From contig JBGAIN010000088.1 in NCBI GenBank assembly GCA_044225505.1, positions 1 to 33,194 on the forward strand: a stretch of DNA of 33,194 nt, written 5' to 3'. The DNA is from Limisphaerales bacterium (GTDB lineage: Bacteria; Verrucomicrobiota; Verrucomicrobiia; Limisphaerales; SIBE01). Each line of letters opens with the position of its first letter. The first letter of the stretch is position 1. The notes under the pieces are model-generated. The model had not been told where the DNA came from. It searched no databases and saw nothing but the letters and a program-made list of their open reading frames with translations. The translations under genes were made by a program, and so were the position numbers. Of the stretch, positions 26,001 through 33,194 are shown piece by piece.

Positions 26001-26744
26001 GACTGGGTCCACGCTGAACCGGCCTTGCAGTTCCGCGTTGGTCGCTGGCTGATTATCCACCGAGAGCAATCTGAACTCTCCTTTGAGAGTAGAGACTTTG
26101 AATCGGGTGTCCGGCTCATCGCGAAGTGTTCGACTGCGATAATTGACGACATACAGGTCAAGCCAACCGTTGCCATCGACATCCGCCAGCGCCAGCGACG
26201 TGCTGCCCGTGGATCCTCCCAGCCCCGCCGCTTCCGTCGCCTCTCGGAACCGACCCCGTCCATCGTTGAGAAATAGACGCACCCCGCGCCGCACGCCCGT
26301 CACGAGCAAGTCCAAGTCGCCGTCGCCATCCACATCAGCGAATGCGGCTCCGGTCGACGCCTGGTCCGCGCAGGCCACTCCCGCATTCGCTGTGATTTGC
26401 TCGAACTTGAAGTCTCCTAAGTTTTTGTAGAGCGCGTTCGGATTATCCAAACCGCACAGGTAAACATCGCAACGGCCATCCCCGTCCACGTCTCCCAACG
26501 CCACGCCAGAACCATTCAAGTAGATCTGGTTCGTCAAGGATCGTTCCTGGCTCAACTGATTCGTAAACTGCAGTCCCGTGGTCGCTGACGAGAGCAGACT
26601 AAACCCGGTCTTCCCCTTTGTGGGAACCGTGAGCGGGTGAGCGCGGTAACCGGCGCCCTTTCCCTCCAGGGCCGCCGCCGCGCATGAGCCGCAGGCAAAG
26701 CGCAGAAGCGAGAGAATGATGAACAATCTGCAAATATGGGCCAT
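23046..26744 (-). CDS. Double FG-GAP/VCBS repeat protein with two ASPIC/UnbV domains (CRTAC1-like)
   Basis: Many DxDGDG motifs; GGRYLSSDD and AGSGYWSQD ASPIC/UnbV segments; N-terminal signal peptide. Confidence 0.92.
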   Translation of the reverse strand: MAHICRLFIILSLLRFACGSCAAAALEGKGAGYRAHPLTVPTKGKTGFSLLSSATTGLQFTNQLSQERSLTNQIYLNGSGVALGDVDGDGRCDVYLCGLDNPNALYKNLGDFKFEQITANAGVACADQASTGAAFADVDGDGDLDLLVTGVRRGVRLFLNDGRGRFREATEAAGLGGSTGSTSLALADVDGNGWLDLYVVNYRSRTLRDEPDTRFKVSTLKGEFRLLSVDNQPATNAELQGRFSVDPVTGILENGEPDVLYLNQGGGKFVAASWTQGRFLDAKGKAIAVPYDWGLSAMFHDLNEDGAPDLYVCNDFQSEDRVWINDGRGNFRELAPRALRHTGLFSMGVDFADLDGDGHDEICVADMLSRSHARRQVQISDRKMMPAGVGAIDDRPQYSRNMLYWNRGDGTYAEIAQFSGVEAADWCWCPVFLDVDLDGYPDLLMVTGHERDAQNIDLSRRIEAAIRQRPMSRVAQMQLRKLFPVYATPNFAFRNRQDLTFEETGTAWGFDSTQVSQGIALADLDGDGDLDVVISCLNGPVLVYRNDSTAPRLAVHLRGTAPNLEAIGARIRVSAPGFPVQSREVTSGGRYLSSDDRLATFAMGSASHRARVEVVWRDGRRSTIRDLPANHSVEIDATDAEPAPPQPVTPTVTWFENASAIMRHTHQEVAWDDFARQPMLPRRFSQGGPGVTWFDLDRDGWEDLVIGAAKGGKMAGFKNDGHGGFAPMTDPAFAGTITRDQTAIIAQRRSDGGVELLAGSANYEDGLTNGGVARVFQLGGSSAGKPWPGQRASTGPLTLGPGGPDGQLLLWVGGQVIPGRYPEPASGMMFQPQGKDWGLDEVATRTFEKVGLVNSAVWSDLNNDGVPELILACEWGPLRIYQRKGTVWQEVTEAWGLTPYSGWWQSVTAGDFDGDGTLDLAAGNWGRNSKYQAYLAQPLRLYSSDLNGDGTSELIEAQFDPDLKKFVPSKDWESLARILPFIRERYHSFTEFSLAGVEEILGARLKEFQVSSVTTLDSMVFLNRHGQFEARPLPKEAQWALGFGLAVADFDGDGKEDLFLNQNFFAVPPETSRYDAGSGLILRGRGDGTFHPILGAESGIRVDGEGRGAAVCDYDHDGRPDLAIGQNANPTLLYHNRTGKPGLRVELQGPVGNPSGIGVTLQIEDAEGGRGPIREVHAGSGYWSQDAVTQILSTPRAAVAVLVRWPGGKTQRVPVPAGASQVQAIANEALVR

Positions 26745-26935
26745 GAGAACGCCCCTCCCTTACCACATCTGCCGCTGTCGTCGATCGTATTCTCTGGTAA
26801 ATCCTTGGCCAGCGTCCGCGCGTCCGCCATGATAGCTTGAATGAAACCCGGGACTCGGGAAGGCAGCGCTCATCTGGAGAGCACCTTTTGCCGCACGAAC
26901 AAAGGCACTCATAAAACGCATCACCTCTTGCCCTA

Positions 26936-28087
26936 ATGCGCTCCCGTCGGAAGTGGATCGGTCTCTCCTTCGCGTTCATCATCGTTGCACTCGCGCTGTT
27001 TTTCCTTTGGCTCAGGGCGCCATCTCCGACGACGCCCCTGTCGATTCAGTGGCATCCCCAACCCGATGCGTTGCCTCTAGGCCGCTACCTGCAAGGGAGC
27101 CGCGTCGAAATCAGTCCTGGAATCTTGAGCGATCAGAAGCCGCCGCCGCTCCCGACCTGGCCAGCCCAGCTGCCGCAACCGTTGCGGCCTGCCGGAGAGC
27201 ACTTGGCTATTACGTGGGCTCGAATTACGGATAAGAACCGCCCGGAACTGACCGTGCAAGTGCCTGATTTTATCCACCTGGATCGCAGCCGCGTCTTTTA
27301 CCATCCAAGCGCAGGTTGGTTCCCCGTCCTGGAGGGCTCGATCATCACCGATCGCCCTGGGGAATACCGCGGGCAACTCGCCGTTCGCCTGTCCACCCCC
27401 CGTAACGGCACCCACACCGTGTCGATCCCCGTCCAATGCACAATTCTCGCCCAACCCGCCACCTGGCATGTCTTGGTCGTTCCCAGCCCGTTCAATCGCT
27501 TTGCCACCGACTCCGGCGGGCAATATCAAGCGATGACGGAGGTCGTCTCTCGGTTGGCGGCTCGCGGAGTTCAGGTCGATCTTCTGAGTGCGCTGCCCAA
27601 ATCTCTCGCCGGCTGGAATACGGTCCTCCTGGGAGAGGAAGCGCTGCTCCAAGCGAGCCCCAGTGACACGCAACACCTCCGCCAATTTGTGGCGCGCAAA
27701 GGCCGCCTGATTGTCGGCGCGGACCCCTTCTTTGTAGGGACAGTCCCTGCCGCCAATTCGTTGGTTGCCCCGTACGGATTCCGGGTCGAAAGCAAAGAAG
27801 CAGGAGATCACTTTTCTAACACGATCGTTGCGCCCGATCCCCTGACCCGCAACGTCTCGAACCTTACCTTTAACCGACCCGCCCGCGTTTTGATTGACGA
27901 CGCGAAACAAGCTCAGCTCCTGGCACAAGTTGCCGCCGATGATCCATCCGGCTTCGTCGCTGTCTCGCGGGAACCTGGGCGGGGCGACGTCATCCTGATC
28001 GGCAAATCCATGTGGTGGTTTTGGCTGGCGACGGCGGATGTCCAAAGCGACAACGCGGTTCTTTTGGAGCACTTCTTCTCCCCGTGA
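26936..28087 (+). CDS. Membrane-anchored hypothetical protein (Ig-like + class I glutamine amidotransferase-like C-terminal domain)
   Basis: N-terminal TM; C-terminal half with LRQFVARKGRLIV and GRGDVILIG...SDNAVLL, a pattern typical of GATase-like/DUF4350 folds (inference). Confidence 0.65.
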   Translation: MRSRRKWIGLSFAFIIVALALFFLWLRAPSPTTPLSIQWHPQPDALPLGRYLQGSRVEISPGILSDQKPPPLPTWPAQLPQPLRPAGEHLAITWARITDKNRPELTVQVPDFIHLDRSRVFYHPSAGWFPVLEGSIITDRPGEYRGQLAVRLSTPRNGTHTVSIPVQCTILAQPATWHVLVVPSPFNRFATDSGGQYQAMTEVVSRLAARGVQVDLLSALPKSLAGWNTVLLGEEALLQASPSDTQHLRQFVARKGRLIVGADPFFVGTVPAANSLVAPYGFRVESKEAGDHFSNTIVAPDPLTRNVSNLTFNRPARVLIDDAKQAQLLAQVAADDPSGFVAVSREPGRGDVILIGKSMWWFWLATADVQSDNAVLLEHFFSP

Positions 28088-28123
28088 CGGCAAGTGTCCG
28101 CAAATTGCCGCTGACCAAGTGTC

Positions 28124-28151
28124 TTGACGGACCCTGCCCCACCCGTACGCT
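28124..28151 (+). promoter_or_regulatory. Sigma70-type promoter of the LysR gene
   Basis: TTGACG (28124-28129)-N16-TACGCT (28146-28151), 9 nt before the ATG. Confidence 0.5.
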
Positions 28152-28160
28152 TCGACCCCG

Positions 28161-29051
28161 ATGGAACTCCGCCACCTCCGCTACTTCATCGCCGTCGCGG
28201 CCGAGGAAAACGTCTCGCGCGCGGCGCTCAAGTTGCACGTCTCGCAACCTGCATTGAGTCGACAAGTCCGAGATCTAGAGCGTGAGCTGGGCTTTGATCT
28301 GCTCGAGCGGACGCCAAAGTCCGTTCGGTTGACCGACGCTGGCAAAGTGTTTCTGATCGAAGCCCGCGCCGTGTTGGACCGTGCCGAGGAGGCCGTGCAG
28401 AAAGCGCGAACCGTGGCCACTGGCGGGCGCGGTGAACTCCACGTTGGGTACGCCCCATCATTGACAGCGCGAATTTTGCCTTCGGCCTTGCGGGCATTTC
28501 AGGCGGAGTTGCCCAATGTCAGCGTAAAGCTGCATGATCTATCCACCGAGGAGATGCTGGAAGGGCTGCGGTCGGGCAAGTTGCAGATTGCTCTGCTCGT
28601 GCGGCCGACGGCTGCTATGCTCCGGGGTCTGCACTTCGAGGAATTGCTGCGAGATCCGTTGCGGCTGGCCGTCGCCCCGACACACCCGCTCGCCCATCAA
28701 CGCACCGTCACTCTGGACAAAGCAGCGCAAGAACCACTGATCGTCTACAGCCGCAAGGAGTATCCCGAATACCACGAAATGCTAGCGTTGGTCTTTGCCT
28801 CGACGAAACGCATCCTTCGAATTCGCGAGGAACACGACGGGGTTTCCAGCCTGATTGCGGCCGTCGAAGCGGGCGGCGGCGTCGCGTTGATTCCGGAGTC
28901 ATTGAATTGCCTCGCGGGCGTCCGGTTGAAGCTGTTGCCGGTCTCCCCCGCACCAGCTTCCCTGGTCATTGGAGCAGCGTGGCCCAGAGGAGGCCTGACG
29001 ACCGCCGCACAGCGCCTCATCGACGCCGCGAAAGCGTTTCTTGTGAAATGA
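28161..29051 (+). CDS. LysR family transcriptional regulator
   Basis: MELRHLRYFIAVAAEENVSRAALKLHVSQPALSRQVRDLERELG HTH plus substrate-binding domain. Confidence 0.97.
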   Translation: MELRHLRYFIAVAAEENVSRAALKLHVSQPALSRQVRDLERELGFDLLERTPKSVRLTDAGKVFLIEARAVLDRAEEAVQKARTVATGGRGELHVGYAPSLTARILPSALRAFQAELPNVSVKLHDLSTEEMLEGLRSGKLQIALLVRPTAAMLRGLHFEELLRDPLRLAVAPTHPLAHQRTVTLDKAAQEPLIVYSRKEYPEYHEMLALVFASTKRILRIREEHDGVSSLIAAVEAGGGVALIPESLNCLAGVRLKLLPVSPAPASLVIGAAWPRGGLTTAAQRLIDAAKAFLVK

Positions 29052-29115
29052 ATCCGGCCCGGCTGCGTAGGCCGAGACCGCGATGCCCCACTTGAATTGG
29101 AGCGCTTGCAGACCC

Positions 29116-30141
29116 TCACTTTAGCCGCGAAGCGTCGTGGATTTGTCGCAAGGCAGCCGCGGCCGCTCGTCGAACGGCCTCGCTCTTGTCGTCAAGGAGT
29201 GGTTCCACCGCGCTTTTGGCAGTCTGGGCACCCTCGCCCATTTCGGACAATGCTCCTAAGCTCGCCGCGCGCACGGATGGGAGCTTGTGCTTCAACAAAG
29301 GAATCAGCGTTGGCAAAACCTCAGCCTTCTCGCCCATTTTCCAAAGGGCTCTCGCGGCGGCAACTCGAATAATCGAATACTCGCTCCGCAATTGCAGGCG
29401 AAAGAGCGAGCGATCGTCCTGATCGTTCGACCCCGAGGCAGCGATTGCCTCGATGGCACCCACGCGAGCGTCAATCGATTCGTCAGCGTTTTCCACGGTC
29501 TGCCGCAACCCAGGCACAAAGAGCGCGCGGTCGACACCGGCTTCGTTCAGGATCGTCCCGATAACTCCCCAAAGTTTGCGATCTTGTTCAGACTTCGACT
29601 GGAATAGCCCGATCAGACCCGGAGCCGCGGGCTTCGCCGCAGGACCACAGGCGCGAAGCGCAACCAGGCCAAATTGCCGTTTCGCCAAATCGTAAGGCCG
29701 GAGAAACTCGTCCTTTCCCGTAACCAAGTAAAGATAGCTTTGATACGCGTTCGTACTGGCCCGCAATTGACCATGGACTTTCCCCCATTCCGGGGACTCG
29801 TCGGCCCTTATGCTGGCCAGCACCGTCGCGGCACTTACCGCCACTTGGATTTCGGGATGCCCACTCAGGACAACCAGCGCGGGAACTGCCGGCCAAGCAT
29901 TGGTTCCCATCCGGGTTATGTCAGCGACCGCGCGGGACCTCGTTTCCCAAAGTTCGAAGAACGCGGCTGGGATATCCTTCCCCCTTGGATCTGGGGGAGC
30001 GGCGATTTCGTTTACCCGCCGGGAAAGCGATCCCACGGGGCCCAACGCAGCGTCAGGGTCTAATACTTCTTGGGCGTGACCCAGCAACGGCAACGAGAGC
30101 ATACCTGCCATGATCCACTTTAACTGCAAGCTCATCTTCAT
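29116..30141 (-). CDS. Exported HEAT-repeat protein
   Basis: Likely start MKMSLQLKW with signal peptide ending GHA-Q; HEAT motifs IRVAAARALWKMG, VRAASLGALSEMG, VRRAAAAALRQI. Confidence 0.8.
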   Translation of the reverse strand: MKMSLQLKWIMAGMLSLPLLGHAQEVLDPDAALGPVGSLSRRVNEIAAPPDPRGKDIPAAFFELWETRSRAVADITRMGTNAWPAVPALVVLSGHPEIQVAVSAATVLASIRADESPEWGKVHGQLRASTNAYQSYLYLVTGKDEFLRPYDLAKRQFGLVALRACGPAAKPAAPGLIGLFQSKSEQDRKLWGVIGTILNEAGVDRALFVPGLRQTVENADESIDARVGAIEAIAASGSNDQDDRSLFRLQLRSEYSIIRVAAARALWKMGEKAEVLPTLIPLLKHKLPSVRAASLGALSEMGEGAQTAKSAVEPLLDDKSEAVRRAAAAALRQIHDASRLK

Positions 30142-30385
30142 GGAAACAAGCTGGTTGCGGAAATGCCCGGAGCACTTGATTTTGCCCTTCCAAAGAGACA
30201 TGCGAGATCGGTGGTGGAAACGTATCAGACAGCGGCAAAAACGGATAGCGCGATCTGGACAAAGCGTCGGAGGTAGCGTCGGAGGTGACAATTTGTCACC
30301 AATCGCTTAATCAATTGTGATTAAGCATCTAACAAACGCGTCACACACTTCGCCGCCGCTTCCTGTTTATCCGGTTCGGGCTTCT

Positions 30386-30502
30386 CTCGATGAGCTCTCG
30401 ATCAGCTCTCGATGAGCTCTCGATCAGGTCTCGATCAGGTCTCGATGAGAACAGCATCGCGATACTCTCCTCATCGGGGTCTCATCGGGTTCTCAACCTG
30501 TT
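30386..30502. repeat. 11-bp tandem repeat x6 followed by three degenerate inverted units
   Basis: ctcgatgagct ctcgatcagct ctcgatgagct ctcgatcaggt ctcgatcaggt ctcgatgagaa (30386-30451), then ctcatcggggt ctcatcgggtt ctcaacctgtt (30470-30502). Confidence 0.9.
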
Positions 30503-30731
30503 TGGAGCGAACCACGGGCGAGCGCTGCAGCACGAAACCAGGTCTCCCATCGCGAGCCAATCTGATCCGTATCCAATTGTTACGCAGTAGTATCCACAGA
30601 TTGGCCCCGCGACAGTGCCAACGCTGCCTCACGTTCCCAGTCCGACGTTCGCCAGCGTTCCGTAACATCCATTGTCGCGCGCCGTTGGAACAGGCCTTGT
30701 CCTGTCAGGGGGATTCCCTCAGATTGATGGC

Positions 30732-31157
30732 ATGTCGCTCCTGGAAAAAGCCATTGCCATCGCCGTGGAAGCGCATCGTGGCAAAAATGACCGAGCGGGG
30801 CAGCCTTACATTCTGCATCCCCTGCGCGTGATGTTTCGTGTGGAGAGCGAAGCAGAACGAATCGTCGCGGCCTTGCACGACGTGGTGGAAGATCACGGCG
30901 ATGTCTGGCCTATGGAACGTCTGCGACAGGAAGGGTTTCCGCCAGAGATCCTGGAGGCTCTAGACGGCGTAACCAAGCGCGACGGCGAAACTTACGAGCA
31001 GTTCGTCGAACGGTCCGCCCTGAATCCGATCTCGACCCGAGTAAAGCTTGCCGACTTGGAAGATAACATGGACGTCCGGCGCTTGAGTCAAGTGACCGAA
31101 AAAGATCGGGAGCGACTGAACCGGTATGTGGCAGCGTACCGGCGTCTGCGCCGCTGA
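30732..31157 (+). CDS. Standalone HD-domain phosphohydrolase (RelA/SpoT hydrolase-like)
   Basis: AHRGKNDRAGQPYILHPLRVM, AALHDVVED, VKLADLEDN. Confidence 0.9.
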   Translation: MSLLEKAIAIAVEAHRGKNDRAGQPYILHPLRVMFRVESEAERIVAALHDVVEDHGDVWPMERLRQEGFPPEILEALDGVTKRDGETYEQFVERSALNPISTRVKLADLEDNMDVRRLSQVTEKDRERLNRYVAAYRRLRR

Positions 31158-31238
31158 CGGAACGGGCACTTGCCGAACCGCCGCAGCTTAGTACCATTCG
31201 CTCGGAGTGGCATGGCCACATTTAATGCTCAACGTATT

Positions 31239-32261
31239 ATGAAAGTAGCTTCGATTCGAAAATGGCCCATCATCGTGAGTTGCGCGTTCACTGCCCTCGC
31301 GCTCCCTGCGTCGCAAGGCGCGGAAACCCCCGCTCCAGTGGATGCCAAAACGCGCTCCGGGAACCCAATCTTTAGTGGATGGTACGCGGATCCCGAGGCG
31401 GTGATTTTCGGAAAGACCTATTGGGTTTACCCGACTTACTCCGCGCCTTATAACCAACAGGTGTTCTTTGACGCGTTTTCGTCACCGGACTTGGTGCATT
31501 GGACGAAGCACAGTCGCATTCTGGATACCAATCGGGTCACGTGGGCCTGGCGGGCGATGTGGGCACCGTCCGTCGCCGAACGGAATGGCAAATACTATTT
31601 CTTCTTCGGCGCCAATGACATTCACGATCCTAAGAAAGAGACCGGGGGCATCGGCGTGGCCGTGGCAGAGGCTCCCGGGGGTCCATTTCGCGATCTCCTA
31701 GGCAAGCCGTTGATCGGCGAGATTCAGAATGGAGCCCAGCCGATTGATCAGTTCCTGTTTCGCGATGACGACGGACAGGACTATTTAATCTACGGCGGGT
31801 GGTCGCACTGCAACATCGTGCGACTGAAGCCTGACTTTACCGGACTCTTGCCTCACCAGGACGGAACCCTTTTCAAGGAGATCACGCCTCAGAATTATGT
31901 GGAAGGCCCGTTCATGTTCAAGAAGGACGGCAAGTACTACTTCATGTGGTCTGAGGGCGGCTGGACCGGTCCGAACTACTCCGTGGCCTATGCCATTGGC
32001 GATTCGCCGTCTGGTCCTTTCAAAAGAATCGGCAAAGTGCTGCAGCAGGACCGGCAGATCGCCACGGGAGCGGGGCATCACTCGGTGCTGCATGCGCCGG
32101 GATCCGACCGCTGGTATATCGTCTACCATCGGCGTCCTCTCGGAGAAACGGACGCCAACCACCGAGTCACCTGCATCGACGAGATGCACTTCGACGACCA
32201 AGGGTTGATTCAACCCATCCGAATCACGCACGAAGGCGTCGGGGCTGCGTCCATTCCATAG
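31239..32261 (+). CDS. Glycoside hydrolase family 43 protein
   Basis: Signal peptide, NPIFSGWYADP, MWAPSV, QPIDQ, YVEGP, GAGHHS, IVYHR. Confidence 0.93.
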   Translation: MKVASIRKWPIIVSCAFTALALPASQGAETPAPVDAKTRSGNPIFSGWYADPEAVIFGKTYWVYPTYSAPYNQQVFFDAFSSPDLVHWTKHSRILDTNRVTWAWRAMWAPSVAERNGKYYFFFGANDIHDPKKETGGIGVAVAEAPGGPFRDLLGKPLIGEIQNGAQPIDQFLFRDDDGQDYLIYGGWSHCNIVRLKPDFTGLLPHQDGTLFKEITPQNYVEGPFMFKKDGKYYFMWSEGGWTGPNYSVAYAIGDSPSGPFKRIGKVLQQDRQIATGAGHHSVLHAPGSDRWYIVYHRRPLGETDANHRVTCIDEMHFDDQGLIQPIRITHEGVGAASIP

Positions 32262-32303
32262 GACCATGCCCCGGCCGACAGGGCTATTTGGACATCGAGG
32301 CGG

Positions 32304-33194
32304 CTATTTCGCGACAGGCGCCGTCCTCCAAAGTCGTTGGCGGAGCGAGGGAAACAGCTCCAGCGCATTCTCGCGCAGGATCTGTCGGCAAATCCGCAGC
32401 GCGTGCTCTTCGCGCAATTCACCGCGCTCAACCTTTTCCGCAAGCGCCTCTGCCAGGATGCGTCGGGTAACCTCGGTGGCGGCGTAGATCCCCTCAGCGT
32501 GATGGGCATCCGCACCCCACAGAATGTGATTGGAGGGGACGACATCGAGCCATTCCTGGTAAGCGCGCCGAGCCATGGTGAAGCTGATCGTCGGAAGCCA
32601 GACTGAATCGATCCAAACATTCTTGTGGCGGGTCGCAATCGCGCCCGTTTCGCCAACCCAAGGATAGCCGCCATGGAAGAGGATGAACTTGGTTTTCGGG
32701 TTGGCAGCGATCAAGTCCACCAGAAGCATTGGGTTACTCCCCTGGATGCGAGCATGCCCAGTGTGAATTTGAAAGGGCAAGTCGTAGCGCGCCGATAGTT
32801 CAACCAGGCGCCACAGGATAAAATCCTCAAACGCTTTGATCTCCTCGGGCCGGAGCGACGTTCGGGGCCGGTTGAACACAAGCGCAGCAGCCTCTTTGGA
32901 GACTTTGTCGAAAGCCAAAGTTCGCTCATAGGCCAGCGTCGTTTTGAGACAAACGGCTCCAGCCGCTTTGGCTTTCTGAAAGAGCCGATCGATTACGCCC
33001 AGATAGTCGTCCAACGAGCCCAGCTTCTGGCCTGTGTCACTCGCGAACTTCCAGGGATCATCTGCCGGACTGCTAAACTCGCTTGGATGAAAGCCGCGCA
33101 CGAGGGTGGTCACGTTGAAGACCATGACTTCAAAGGGGTATGAGGTCGTGAATTTCAACCGCGCCCAGTACGGGTCGATCAACATGAGCTCGAT
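32304..33194 (-). CDS. Amidohydrolase family protein (5' partial)
   Basis: LKTTLAYERTL, FQIHTGH, LFHGGYPW, ILWGADAHHAE; the frame stays open to the window end. Confidence 0.88.
   Translation of the reverse strand: MELMLIDPYWARLKFTTSYPFEVMVFNVTTLVRGFHPSEFSSPADDPWKFASDTGQKLGSLDDYLGVIDRLFQKAKAAGAVCLKTTLAYERTLAFDKVSKEAAALVFNRPRTSLRPEEIKAFEDFILWRLVELSARYDLPFQIHTGHARIQGSNPMLLVDLIAANPKTKFILFHGGYPWVGETGAIATRHKNVWIDSVWLPTISFTMARRAYQEWLDVVPSNHILWGADAHHAEGIYAATEVTRRILAEALAEKVERGELREEHALRICRQILRENALELFPSLRQRLWRTAPVAK

Noticed and set aside
30142..30291. N-terminal extension of the HEAT ORF to 30291
   Set aside because: The extension runs through intergenic repeats; a signal peptide begins at Met 30141/30135.

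Overview
GC-rich bacterial DNA whose gene families (ASPIC/UnbV FG-GAP proteins, CotH, DUF3568 lipoprotein, 'FYRL'-type C-terminal domains, REP-like repeats) suggest Verrucomicrobiota; this is inferred, not searched. Bases 1-6.5 kb hold a minus-strand array of five Rhs toxin-tip/immunity cassettes. Their tips are an HNH-like nuclease, an Ntox16-like domain, a serum-amyloid-A-like domain, a glycine-zipper peptide and an HExxH metalloprotease. Four cassettes start with a homologous, in-frame, 35-37 aa Arg-rich non-Rhs leader that joins the Rhs-associated core at an 18-bp sequence invariant in all five copies. The leaders occur as reciprocal mosaics. The fifth cassette is a 5'-truncated Rhs core fused in-frame to the promoter, RBS and first ~19 codons of what looks like a RAYT/Y1 transposase, next to a REP-rich spacer (6.5-7.7 kb). 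The rest of the window is ordinary chromosome: a thioredoxin-fold exported protein, DUF3568 lipoprotein, a TPR-pilT-TPR operon, CotH, Fpg/Nei, DUF72, two ASPIC/UnbV proteins, a large repeat surface protein, LysR, HEAT, HD hydrolase, GH43 and a partial amidohydrolase. No rRNA, tRNA or CRISPR array was seen.
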